A DNA stretch of 64,000 bases from Eledone cirrhosa (lineage: Eukaryota): contig OZ024741.1 in assembly GCA_964016885.1 (NCBI GenBank), forward strand, positions 152,768,001 through 152,832,000. Direction: 5' to 3'. Under the pieces are notes generated by a model. The model saw nothing but the letters and a program-made list of their open reading frames with translations. It searched no databases and had not been told where the DNA came from. A program made the translations under genes and the position numbers. Positions 39,506 to 55,304 of the stretch are shown one piece after another; position 1 is the first letter of the stretch, and each line of letters begins with the position of its first letter.

Positions 39506-40035
39506 ATGTATGTGTGTATCTGGATGTATGTGTATGTATATATGTGTGTGTGTGTGTATATATATATGTGTGTGTATGTGTATATATGTGTGTGTGTATG
39601 TGTGTATGTATATGTATGTGTGTGTGTATGTATGTGTGTATATGTATATATATATATATATATATGTGTGTATGTATATGTATATGTATGTATGTGTGGA
39701 TGAAGGTATGTGTGTATATATAGGTGTAGGTGCACTAAATCCCTTTCTATCACTCTCCCCTCTCCTACCGACCACAGGGAGATATATGTATGTATATTGC
39801 TTCCACCCCCTCACTGACCAGCAGCTGGCCATCTGGCCATTGCTAAATCTGACCTTTATAAAATAACCCACACCCCCAAATAACTTCTCATTCACTACCA
39901 GAAAGGCACACAGCAGTCAACTTGCTGCTACCAAGATGAAAACTAGTATGAAATCCCACAATGAATTTTATACTTGAATTTTCAAATCTCAAATTTTAAC
40001 TCTTCTTATTATTAATTTTTCTTAATATTAATCAA

Positions 40036-40081
40036 CATTTGAAAAGATGGCTTTTGCAGACCCATCGAAACCGGTCATTTT
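40036..40081 (+). ncRNA. Minimal U3-A8 hammerhead in the 3' pLTR
   Basis: Identical to 35060-35105. Confidence 0.7.
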
Positions 40082-40216
40082 TTATACCCTTTATTATTTC
40101 CTTACCTTATAAAATTATATGTTTTTTCACAAAAAAGTATTGTCTCTTATATATTCCATGTGCCATTACCAACCTCAATTTTCTCTATAACCTTCGTTTT
40201 GTGTAGAAAATTACAC

Positions 40217-40305
<89 letters not shown>

Positions 40306-40429
40306 CAAACACATATCAAGCAAACCAGTACGAGACCATAAATCTTCAATTTTCAAAATAATTAATTTATTACAAAAACATATTTTCTAGCTGTTGAAAT
40401 TATAGTTGTAGTTGCTGATGTAATTGTTG

Positions 40430-40740
40430 CTGTGTGTGGGCGCGTGCCTTTGTTGTTAAAATATTAGGCTCACGTCTGTTTGATTGTTGGCTACACCATG
40501 CGCCCTTAACATTTTATTTCAAGTTGAGCTAGTTCACTCAGCTGATAAAAATAAGTTGTACCTGTAATTCGAAGGGCCAGCCTGGTCACATCCTGTGTCA
40601 TGTTGAATCTCCCTGAGGACTACGTTAAGGGTACGTGTGTGTGTGTGGAATATTCAGCGACTTACACGTTAATTTCACGAGCAGGCTGTGCCGTTGATCT
40701 TATCAACTAGAACATTCGCCATAGTAACTGACGGAGTGAG
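40430..40740 (+). mobile_element. SINE family 2 (related copies about 20165-20500, 50605-50915, 53745-54000, 54495-54745)
   Basis: Shared core ctgtaattcgaagggccagcc..tgttgaatctccctgag.actacgttaagggtac..cacttacacgttaatttcacgagcaggctg. Confidence 0.7.
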
Positions 40741-41213
40741 TTTCAATCGTTGCTGCAATTGTTGTTGTAGTAGCTCCTGTAGCTATTGCTGGCGTTCTTG
40801 TAGTTGTTGTACTTCAAGTAGTTGCAGTAATAGTTGTGCTTGTTGTTATCAATTAAAACGTGACAATTGCCCAAACAGTTCCGTCAAATAAAGTTGAAGT
40901 TTTATTTATGTTTTGGTTTGTTTTCTTCTTTATTTTTGGTTTTGTTCCTTTATCGTTTTTTTTTTTTTTTTATCGGTGGTGGTCTTCTACGTTGTATCTT
41001 ATCTACGTTATGAAACACGGCACCCTGTCAAACACCCATCTGCTCACTAAACGTCATATGTAGTTACTTAATCCACATTATCTTCACCTCTCCTTTATTA
41101 AATCATCAGAACTTGAATTTCTATTATTACAAGCTATACATACAACAGCTCAGAGACGATATACTTGTCAACAATTTAAAAAAAGACCAACAAGGAAAAT
41201 GAGCAAACGCCTA

Positions 41214-41272
<59 letters not shown>

Positions 41273-41395
41273 ACATATATCATGTATCAAATGTATATCC
41301 ATATCATAAATATATATATACGATATACACACATATATATCATTTCATTCTCCCCTCCCCTCTCTCTCACTCTCTCTCACTCTCTCTCTCTCCCT

Positions 41396-41447
<52 letters not shown>

Positions 41448-41619
41448 GTATATATATATATAATAAAATTTGATATATGATATGTATAGACTTGACACAT
41501 ATAGAAATATATGTATCTGTATACATAATGACATTCTGACATTAACTCTCACACACACACACGCGCGCGAAGAAGCACGCGGCATATATATATATATATA
41601 CAAGCATATCAACAAACAG

Positions 41620-41712
<93 letters not shown>

Positions 41713-41964
41713 ATAGCATTCACACGAATATTCTCCTGCACCCCTTGCACAAATAGCAACAACAACAGACACACAAACGACTACATACGCATAAACATAC
41801 GATTGTGTGGGTTTGTGAAATGACGTGGGACTTCGTTGCTCGTATGTCACACAAGCTAAAGCCAGTCATCAGATAAAGCACTTAGCTCCTTTCAAATTCT
41901 TGGCGCTTTCCGACAGGTCACGTGATAATCTTCCCTCTTTATCAGTGATTGGATTTTATTTTTA

Positions 41965-42015
<51 letters not shown>

Positions 42016-42018
<3 letters not shown>

Positions 42019-43059
42019 CAATATGTTGAAAAGGTAACACACTAGAGAGAGATATACAGTGCGCTATCAATAAAACAGGGAAAAGACCACCAGTGTATGG
42101 AATCTATAACCTATGAAAGGCAGACTATAGACACGATAATTAAAAATATAAATTAAAGCGTAAATAAATACCTCTATAACTATATAACACACGTACAAAT
42201 CCAAAGAGATCTGTTTCGCCAGTAAGTTGTTGACAGAAATGAAATAAGCCGGTTCCTCAGCGTGTGTAAGGCTTATACATTTCAGACAACACTAAGAGAA
42301 TTTTAAAAGTGACTATCCAGCTACACGTGGGAGAGAGAAGTGACAGCGTGTTTAAGGGCAGTGAACCAGTGACCTCTGAGGGACGAGCTGCTAGAAAGGG
42401 CAGCCCAAAACCACTCAGAGAAGTGTGCTCAACCAAACAGAGAGATAGGAAAGAATGTTATAAGGAGCGAAATATCACGATAAATTAACGGAGCCATAGA
42501 CCCTCGCCATTCCCTGTAAATAATGTGCTCAAGGGAGAAGAAATCCTTTCGCTCCTTATAACAGTCTTTCCGATCTCTCTGTTTGTTTGAGCACACTTCT
42601 CTGAGTGGTTTTGGGCTGCCCTTTCTAGCAGCTCGTCCTTCAGAGGCCACTGGTTCACTGCCCTTAAACACGCTGTCACTTCTCTCTCCCACGTGTAGCT
42701 GGATAGTCACTTTTAAAATTCTCTTAGTGTTGTCTGAAATGTATAGCCTTACACACGCTGAGGAACCGGGTTATCCCATTTCTGTCAACAACTTACTGGC
42801 GAAGCAACTCTCTTTGGATTTGTACGTGTGTTATATAGTTATAGAGGTATTTATTTACGCTTTAATTTATATTTTTAATTATCGTGTCTATAGTCTGCCT
42901 TTCATAGGTTATAGATTCCATACACTGGTGGTTTTTTCCCTGTTTTATTGATAGCGCACTGTATATCTCTCTCTAGTGTGTTACCTTTTCAACATATTGT
43001 ATTTTAAAGAGCTCAGGATTTCTTCTCCTTTGAGCACATTATTTACAGGGAATGGCGAG

Positions 43060-43061
<2 letters not shown>
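42016..43061. mobile_element. ~1-kb foldback element made of inverted PLE pLTRs (arms 42016-42470 and 42551-43002), flanked by (TA)n
   Basis: ~450-bp inverted arms, each with a hammerhead. A second small inverted pair lies at 42500-42545/43017-43061. Confidence 0.88.
42187..42267 (-). ncRNA. Type I hammerhead ribozyme (inverted copy 42751-42831 has GAAA>GAAG)
   Basis: Minus strand reads acacacg-CTGAGGA-a.ccgg..ctgg.c-GAAA-cagatct(cttt)ggatttg-TA-cgtgtgt: 7-bp stems I and III, GUA site. Confidence 0.82.
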
Positions 43062-43100
<39 letters not shown>

Positions 43101-43102
<2 letters not shown>

Positions 43103-43712
43103 CACGCCAGGAAGACAGTCCTCCTATTCGACAACTCCAATTGGATAAAGAGAGCTCCTGACACCCCATTCTACGTCAGTATGGGCGCGACCGACTCGGC
43201 GGAGGTGACCGATCTTATAGGATTATTCTTACTACATCAACTCACCGAAATGTTTCCTGCATTCGGCGGTGGATTGTACCGAAACGATGGGATCTTTACC
43301 CTCAGAGGGTAAAACCCAATAGTGCGGACCGGGTCCGTAAACACCTAATTAACTTATTCCGGGACTGGGAATTTAAAATCACCCTATAGACGTCCCTAAC
43401 CCGAGTCAATTTCCTGGACGTTACCCTAAACCTCGAAAATGATCTGTACTACTCATACAGGAATCCAAACGACAACCTACACTTCATCAACCGCCGTTCT
43501 AACCATCCTAGAAACATCACCAATAACCTGGTTAAAAAATCTCCTTCGGCATATCTCGTTATAATTTCCCATTTTCTGATTCCTGTAGAATTCCTATTTC
43601 GCCTGCTTTCTAGCTAGCCTAATTCACACTCCTTAGAATTTGCTGTATAGAACTTACTTTCAACGCTTGACCGGCTTCCTCCACTCTCTCATTGTTCTAC
43701 AGGCAAGTTCAG
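43101..43712 (+). pseudogene. Internally deleted YRDDG-type PLE RT fragment joined to the family D 3' UTR
   Basis: ARKTVLLF..FYVSMGATDSAEVTDLIG..GGLYRNDG, then VNFLDVTLNL and SNHP. 3' part matches 7889-8030. Confidence 0.8.
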
Positions 43713-43858
43713 ATCGATAAAGACCTCGAGCCAACGATCAGTGAAACATATATAACGTTCGATACGAATTTAAAACATTTTAAATAATTGCAACTTTTTT
43801 TCTCTCATACATTATATATAAATACACACACACACGCACGCACACACACGCCTACACG

Positions 43859-44000
<142 letters not shown>

Positions 44001-45061
44001 AATATTAGACAGGAACAAAAAACAGAGAGGCAGTACAAATGGTAGTTTATTAAGTTCACTTTTGAGGGGGGGTCGTGATGTGTGGGTGCGTGCACACAAA
44101 GTGCATGTTCTGTTCAATTTCCAAAGTCCGGGGATTCTGTTGTCCACGTTTCTCTGTGTGTTAATATGTCTATATGTCATGTTCCTGCCAATCCCATGGG
44201 GGCATGTCAATGTCTCCACTTACCTCCCTACCACTCTACCACCCCATTTGACACATATTTTACTTTACCGTATTTTACGTTATTGCTGTGTCTTAGTGAA
44301 CGGTAAAAATAAAATAAATAACGAATGTTGTTGTTTAACCAGAGGTCAGTCCTGATTCAGAAAATACTGGATCAAATACGTTCCACAATTGACCAACACA
44401 TTTATTTAGGTACAGCGTATCTCAGATTACGTCATCAAACATATCCTTCGTGGTTTTAAACGTTATGAAGTGATGTTAGCGTGACGTAGTTACTATTTCT
44501 AGTACGTAGAGCAACTACGTAGAAGTTCCTCTCGATTTTGTGCTTTTTCGTGTCCATTATGGCAATAAAGAACATTGCACTCGTGTTTGTTTATGTGTAT
44601 GTGTATTTGTGTGTGTATGCCTGTCTTTATTTGTGTGTCTGTTGTATATATGTGAATGTTTGCGTGTGTATGTATGTTTGTATGTGTGTGCGTATGCGTT
44701 TGTGTGTATGCTTGTGTAGTTTTATGTGTACGCGGATGTCTGAAAATATCAACTTTCTCAACAAAGAGAAACACAAACAACATCAGCAACAATAATACTG
44801 CAACAATAGCAAGAACAACACAATACAAAACGAAAACAGCAACAATAATAACAATAGAAACAACAACAACAATAACAATAATAGCAACGATAAGCACAAT
44901 AGCAACAACAACAACAACAATAGCAACGACAACAATATCAACAATAACAACAGTAACAACAACCTAATACAATACAAGAAACCTGCACTGTGTCACTTTA
45001 CCGAATTCTTTTACGAAGTAACCTTCAAACATGTAACATATGAAAAAAGTAGGGGGTGGGA

Positions 45062-45115
<54 letters not shown>

Positions 45116-45752
45116 AAAAAGAAAGAAAGAAAGAAAAAAGAACGAAAGAAAGAAAGAAGGAAAGAAAGAAAGAAAAAGAGAAAGGAATTATATGAAACGA
45201 AAGAAAGTAAAACAGCTGAACGGAACTTCTCATATAAATCTATTAATAGTAACAGTTAAAATATGTGAAATGTTCCGAAAGTTCAGCATCTTAGTGATTC
45301 ATGTTCTTTATATAGTTTTGTGTGATTACCAAAGAGACAGCAGCATCATGCCACACAGAAATGATACATCCTGTACAGGGTGCTTAACTCTCGATGGAGT
45401 CGTAGGTATGCCGACTTAGGCATTTAAAAATTGATGGAACCCTTCAAACCTCAGATCGTACATCCTATATATTCAAGTAAATCTCGATATTTTCTTAATT
45501 CTTTTATAAGGTAACACATATTGGATCGCCTGTTTTATTTATTTATTTATTTATTTAATACATAGAATGCAGGACAGTGCCTTGTCCCATTTCAAGGTCC
45601 TCGAAGACTGGCAAAGTGTATATACAAGTCGGAGACCTTACTCGAATGCTTACAACAGAGTTGCTTAAGGCACTCAACATATATATATAGATATATATAT
45701 ATATATATATACACGTACATACACACACACACATATACACATATGCCGACAT

Positions 45753-45828
<76 letters not shown>

Positions 45829-45829
<1 letters not shown>

Positions 45830-47241
45830 CTATAAAGCTTACGGCTGTATGTAGGTAACAAACTTTCCGCCAAACGGCTGGACCAAACAGCACCAAATTT
45901 GCACCATAGATGTAACTTTTTCCAAGTAAAAAAGTGAAGGTATTTTTGTCTACTGAATTTTGTTAAAAGATTAAAGACATTATTTAAATATTCACTTCTT
46001 TAATATTCCAAATGTCAACACTTCCGGTTATACGTCATTCCTCACTTTTTCTTATGACATCGCACAACATTCCCCTCTTTTTCTTAGTCTGTCTTTTTAG
46101 ATAGATACGTAGCTACAACGTAGCGCCCTTATAATATGTCTCTGTATGTTTGGCTGTCTGCATTAGATAACGTTTTTCGAAATATTTATTTCTGCGTCCA
46201 CAGACTGATTTTTTTAGTTTCAGAAGATCTCGTTAAGGGTGAAAGCAGCGATTCTTTGCTTAAACTTTAATCTGTTATTTTAATATATATATTCGTGTAC
46301 AGATATTTTTGCATACACAAAAACAAAAACCTATTTATTTCACGAAAGCACAGACGGCTTATCGTCATTGTTACTGTTCGAGGTTAGAGGACCACAGTCT
46401 ATCCAAGATCTGAGAACCATCAATGGCCATCAATGTTCCACTTAGCGTTTGGCTTGCCAGATGCGTGGTATGTTACACGATGACAGCCATTGGCACCTCA
46501 CCCTGCAAGAAGCAGCAACTGCTAAAGTCCCTTCTCAGCTGCGAAAACTTTTTGCTATTATGCTGCACAACTGCGATCTCGCCGACGCTCTCGCAATGTG
46601 AAACAACCACCGCGAAAGTCTAGCTGAGGACATCCTCCACCGCACACGCAGACACAATCCGAACGTAACATACGATGTCGTTTTCAATGAGGCGCTCATT
46701 TGTCTTGAAAACAGTGTCCTGGAGATTGGTGGTAAGCCTCTAAGTCACTACAGCTTACTTGCTCCTGACAGGAGTGTCCAGAGGTCAACGTCTACAGAGC
46801 TTCTCCGCGAGACGAGCTACGAAATCAGTGATTCTCAATTGTATGTAGAATGCTCTAGGGTGAGCTCGCCAACAATCTCTTCATCTTTGGTCCGGAGGGC
46901 CGAACAAAAATATTGTATACTCTGAGGCTCTAACAATGTAATTTAAATATTTTCTGTTACTTGGAATTTCCGTTATGGTTGTACAAATTATTGTTTGTTA
47001 AAAAATGTGTTCTCTGTTCAGCTTTTATTGTTGTAACTATCAATTTTCTTTAACGTACTGGCTGCTGAACTGGGGAATCCTAAAAACTATTCAAACCCAA
47101 CATCAGAGCACGTTAACTCCTACCCCATCCTCGCTGACTTGAGAGGGCGTGCGGTACCTTTGCACTGGAGTGTAGGGAGGAATTCCTGAAAAGATAAAAT
47201 GCCGGTATACCTAGCCGGCGCCAGCCGGACGGGCCAGCTAG
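45829..47241 (+). mobile_element. Internally deleted Helitron with RepHel remnants
   Basis: 46370-46930 translates to VRGPQSIQDLRTING..GMLHDDSHW..LQEA..PSQLRKLFAIML..LAEDI and QLYVECSRVSS..KNIVYSEAL. 3' hairpin ccggc-gcca-gccgg then CTAG|T at 47238-47242. Confidence 0.85.
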
Positions 47242-47253
47242 TACATATATATA

Positions 47254-48355
47254 AGAGGCAGAGTGTGAGAATGGCAAGAACTGCTAGATACCTACTCAGT
47301 AGTAATACCTAACATAGACCTATCTAAATAGATCTATCTTATGACTTGGGCCACCTGCTAATGACGTGTAATAGCCCAGTTACGGAAATATCTGCTGATA
47401 TTACGTGACTTTCTGAACATTGCGGATGTCATATCTGCATTTGCGAAGTTATGTTGCACAGAAATGATATCGTCCAGGAGTTGAGATTTTTACTTTTATC
47501 TCTACCAAAACACAGCCACCGTTTCTGCTATTAACTAAATGTGTGCACTCTGGACAGCTGACTGCAGCTACAATACTGCAATTCGACAGATTCATTGAGT
47601 GAGCTAGACGTTGGCCGAAGAACGTTGACTTTATACCAGCGATCTTCGTTACTTTTATACTATATTATACTCCCAGCTGCGCTGATTTGAATCTCCTGTA
47701 TAAGGTTAGACTTTTCAATATTTCTTGTTTATGTTTCCTAATATTAAATTTTGAGTATTTAATGTTCGACTTTGTATCACAAATCAGCTACTATTTGCCT
47801 GTATATATGTGTATATGCATAAACCTCGTTATCTATATATGGGTATATACGTGAAGCTAGTTGAGTTCTTTGTTTGTCGCGAATTCCTTTGTTTGAATTC
47901 AACCACAAAACTACGTATTTTAGTCTAAGATAGGATTCTTCCTTTTTTTCATTAGAGGCAGAGTGTGAGAATGGCAAGAACTGCTAGATACCTTACCCAA
48001 TAGTAATGGCTAACACACACTAAATAGACCTATCTTATGATTTGGGCCACCTGCTAATGACGTGTAATAGCCCAGTTACGGAAATATCTGCTGATATTAC
48101 GTGACTTTCTGAACATTGTAGATGTAATATCTGCATTTGTGAAGTTATGTTGCACAGAAATGATATCGTCCAGGAGTTGCCCTTTTTATTTTTATCTCTA
48201 CCAAAACACAGCCACCGTTTCTGCTATTAACTAAATGTGTGCACACTGGACAGCTGACTGCAGCTGCATTAGTGCAATTCGGCAGATTCATTGAGTGAGC
48301 TAGACGTTGGCCGGAGAACGTTGACTTAATACCAGCGATCTTCGTTACTTTTATA
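47254..48355 (+). mobile_element. ~400-bp direct repeats (47254-47659, 47954-48355) around a non-coding spacer, each with a degenerate hammerhead
   Basis: CTAATGA-cgtg..tacg-GAAA-tatc(tgct)gata-TT at 47358-47402 and 48054-48098. TA-rich flanks. Confidence 0.7.
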
Positions 48356-48393
48356 TTATATATATATACACACATATATATATATATATATAT

Positions 48394-48564
<171 letters not shown>

Positions 48565-48598
48565 TGTGTGTGTGTATATATATATATATATACATATA

Positions 48599-49148
48599 CG
48601 AGGGTTCTTCAAAAAGTTTCGTGGAAAAAGGACATTTAGAAAAAACGGTTTAAGTTGTGATGTTTATTTTTCAACATATGCTCCATCTAGGTCAATACAC
48701 TTCTGCAAACCTTGATACCAGCATTTAAGTCCATCTGTATAAAACTGAGGGCTATACGATTTAAACCATGTCAAAGCAACTTTTTTTACATCTTCAACTG
48801 GGAATTATCTTAAACCTCATCTCTTCCACTTCTAAAACGACTTATCCATTTGTAGGTTGTTGATTTCTTTGGGGCATTGTCTCCATAAACTTGCTCCAGA
48901 GCGTCAATGATTTGGCTGCTCTTCCACCCTAGCTTCACCATGAATTTGATGGTTTGATGGAGGCCATGTTGCTCGAGTGGGTGCTGACTTCCGAAAGGCG
49001 GCACCGCGTTGCAACATGAATTTAAGGGTTCATGTTAGAACATGTTATGGCACGCTAAGAAGACAACATACAGGTGAATTGAGATCAAAATCCTTGCATA
49101 TGACTTTTAGCTGTGTACTTTTTCTACGAAGTTTTTAAAGCCCCCTCG
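48599..49148 (-). mobile_element. Hsmar2-like (irritans subfamily) mariner, internally deleted
   Basis: TIRs cgagggttcttcaaaaagtttcgtggaaaa / ttttctacgaagtttttaaagccccctcg with TA TSDs. Minus strand encodes IKFMVKLGWKSSQIIDALEQVYGDNAPKKSTTYKW joined to C-terminal LQKCIDLDGAYVEK*. Confidence 0.9.
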
Positions 49149-49317
49149 TATACATTCTTTATTATGCCTAAGTGGCGAGTTTTGTACTCTGGAGTTTTAT
49201 ATGTGCGCTCAGAGGCTCATCAGACAACTTAACCATAATAAAATCTATTTAACTTTACTTCGGTATTCAATACTCATTCTCACGCCCAATAATATCACGC
49301 ATATATATATATATATA

Positions 49318-49446
49318 TATTGTTATACTTTGGGAGGGTCATGTTGCCAATAAGAAACACACGCACCAGTTGCTTTCACTTCAATTTATTATAATAAACA
49401 CGTTTTCAGATAAAGAATCTTGCTAAACAAATTCAGAAACGAAATA
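49318..49446. mobile_element. ~125-bp two-ended inverted family A pLTR tip in (TA)n
   Basis: 49318-49393 is the reverse complement of 6710-6785. 49396-49446 is the forward extension acacgttttcagataaagaatc..cgaaat. Confidence 0.85.
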
Positions 49447-51118
49447 TATATATATATATATATATATATAATGTCACGTAGGTCTTATAACTATATTACA
49501 AATAATTATTTTACCAGATTGTATCTAAACATCTTATCACCTCCTTCTTCATCAAACAGCTTTTGTGTGCAATGGGGCGATGTTCAAGTTAAATACAAAA
49601 TTATGTATTTCGTGCCACCCAGCATTTGTCTTAAAATCTAAAATTCCTGCCTATTTAAATTCGTTTCCTACATATATTGCGACGATGTAAAGCTAGCATA
49701 TTTTCTATCTTGACCAGTGTCCAAAGTCAGCTAGATCTCTGATTCTCAAACGGGTGGCACTTGGCTCCCAGGGTAGGAATAAAGCCGCGGGAGAAATTTG
49801 GGAGGAATATTAGTCAGAAGAGCAATCCAAACTGGGAAAGAATAGTGTAAATTGTGTGGATATATCAAATGATATACCAATATACCCAACTATAATAGCA
49901 ATCATAAATTGATAGTTCACAAATAACTGCTGGACGATACAATTATTGAGGTTTGAAAAGCTTGTAAACATGGCGCTCGGATGAAAAATTACTAGATGGC
50001 AATTCGAAATAGAGGAGGAATTAAGGGAACCTTTGATTGAAGAGGAGGAATATGACCTGTGTCGCTCAGAAACACTGCTCTGGAATGAGATCGATCATAA
50101 ATAGCAGGTATGAGTTGCATGAAGCCAATTGGCTATTTTAATAATTGTTTCTACTTTTGGCACAAGGCCAGCAATTACCCAGGGCATTACTGGTACTTTA
50201 TTTTATTGACCCCGTAAGGATGAAAGGCAAAGTGAACCTCGGCGGTGAATCTCAAAATGTGAATCTCAAAATATCATGAAATATAAGGTAAAAGTGTAAA
50301 CTGTTGTGTTATTTCGTTTTATTTTTTCTCTCTATATTCTAGTTTTCATTCTTGTATTTCTAACTTTACTGTCGGTTTCACTTCTGTAGTTCTAAATTCC
50401 AATCTACTTGCTTTCCTAAAACAATCATAATCTCATGTTTTGCAAGGCTTCATATAAACTGTACTGCTCAGATTTACGTCTATTGGGGCACATTTGGTGA
50501 AGTGTTTTCGAAGTCGATATGTTTCTTCAGTCTATCACACATTTCTCCAAATCACAAAAAATACTCTTGCTTCAATACAAAATTTTCTCTTCTTAATTGT
50601 TTCAATGCGACGTGGTGGCTAGGGCATTTGGCTCACGATCTTAGAGTCATGAGTTCGATTCCCGGGTGTCGAGTAGGGTTCTTGAGTAAGACATTACATT
50701 TCACGTTGCTCCAGCCCAGTTGGCTATGTGTTGTACGTGTAATTCAACAATGGGCCAACTTTGTCATACACTGTCTCACACTGAAACACCTTAAGAACTA
50801 CGTTGAGGGTGCACGCGTCTGTGAGATACACAGTCACTTGCACTTTAATGTCACTAGCCTACACATCTGTTGATCGAATCAACTAAAACACTCGTCGTCG
50901 GACCCAACGGAAGTTCAGCAACAGCGACAGTTTCAGTGCTACCGTATGTTTACAATTTCTTCTGCACAATTGGCCAATTTCAGAAATGATGGCAAAGGAA
51001 TTATAAAACCCACATCTGTATACTCACACACACATGTATGTATGTATGTATGTATGTATGTATGTATGTATGTATGTATGTATGTATGTATGTATGTATG
51101 TATGTATGTATGTATGTA

Positions 51119-53212
<2,094 letters not shown>

Positions 53213-53361
53213 ACATGTTACCAGTACCACCAACTGGTGACCTGACATATGTACAGACATATGTACATACATATTTACTGGTGACCTGACATATGTACAT
53301 AAATACATGCATGCATGTGTGCGTGCATGCATACATACATACATGCATACATATATGCATG

Positions 53362-53393
<32 letters not shown>

Positions 53394-55146
53394 CATACAT
53401 ACATAGATACATACATACATACATACATACATACATACATACATACATACATACATACATACATACATACATACATACATACATACATACATACATACAC
53501 CCGTATGTGTGTGTGTGAGTGTGAGTGAGTGAAAGTTATGTTGTTATGTCAGTGTAAAAGACATTTTGCATCTGTATAGTACACACCCTTCTCTGTCTGG
53601 TGTCAAGTCACAAACGTTGGATAAACAACTTTCTACACTCGGTTAATAATATATGGAACGACATTCTGGAAACAATTACACCATTTATATAATATACAGC
53701 AGACCTCAGAATTATAGTGTCACTTTAGTATGATAGAAGTGGATGCAATGTGGTCGAACGGTTAAGGAGATCACTTCGCAATCATTGGGTAACCAGATGC
53801 TGTTTGGTAGCCCGTGTGATTGGCTGTACCTGTAATTCAATGTACTAGCTTTGCCACATGCTGTGTCATGTTGAATCTCAATGAGAATTACGTTAAGGGA
53901 ACACGTGGCTGTGGAATGATCAGTCACTTACACGTAAATTTCACAAGCAGGTGTTGACCGAACAATTGTAATGCTCATCGTCGAAACCGACGGAGGTCCG
54001 TCCCTGTTCCTAGAATAGTAGTGTTCAGCTATGAAAGTTCAGCTATCTTCATACATGTCTTCCCGATATCTACTACCATGACAAATATTTGATAGAGTGT
54101 TTTCTGCGCCCGGCTATTAATATTTGATATACGATTAATGTTCCATCGGTTTCGACGATGACCAATTAGCCGTTCAATCAATTGAATGTCTGACGCGTGA
54201 GTTAGTGTGGTTGAATATTCCACAGGCACGTGTAACTTTAATGTAATTCTCAGGCAGAATCAACATGACACAATAAATGAACCTTTGAATTACAGATGGA
54301 ATATCTACCCAACGGGCTTGCTCACATTTTCTGTCTACCCTATTTCATTCACAAGGCTTGAGCCGAGTCGAAGCTACGATAAAGACACTTGCCAAAGATT
54401 CCATGCAGTGGGATCGAACCCGGAACATCATGATTGTGAAGTGAACCCCTAAACCACTTTGCCACTCCTGCGTCCATTAAACAGAATATCCTGAGCCATT
54501 GTGTCCTTGAGCAAGATACTTTATTTCACGTTTCTCCAGTCTAGTCAACTGGCAAAAATGATTTTTACCTGTAATTCGAAGAGTTAGTCTTCTCACGCTC
54601 TGTCTCGCTGAATCTCCCTGAGAACTACGTTAAAGGTACGCGCGTCAGAGGAATACTCAGCCACTTTCACGTTAATTTCATGAACAGGCTGTTCCGTTGA
54701 TCGTATCAACTGGAACACTCGTCGTCGTAACCGACGGAATACCACTTAGTGTATGTATAGATATTTGGACACGTAATTACGATGGAGTCACAGGGGCGCC
54801 GTAATGATATACAGAATTTCTTGGGCATTTTAAACCTAGCGGAGCCCATCTCCTCAAGCAGATAGAATACAAGCTTTTAAAAGTCTTTTGTGCAAACACC
54901 TATTGAAACTGTCCCTTTTGAAACCAATGCATCCTTTTTATTACTTTGTCAGTTCGTACCGATAACGACGTTGTTGTTACGGATATAATAACCAACTCAT
55001 GGTTGTGTGGTTATGGTGTTCAATTAGCAAACACGTAGTTTAGCGTTCAGTCCAATTGCGTGGCACCTTGGTTAAATACCTTCTATTACAGCCTCGGGTT
55101 GACCAATTCTTTGGGAGTGAAATTGAGTAGATGGAAAGCCCACCGT

Positions 55147-55212
<66 letters not shown>

Positions 55213-55213
55213 A

Positions 55214-55304
<91 letters not shown>

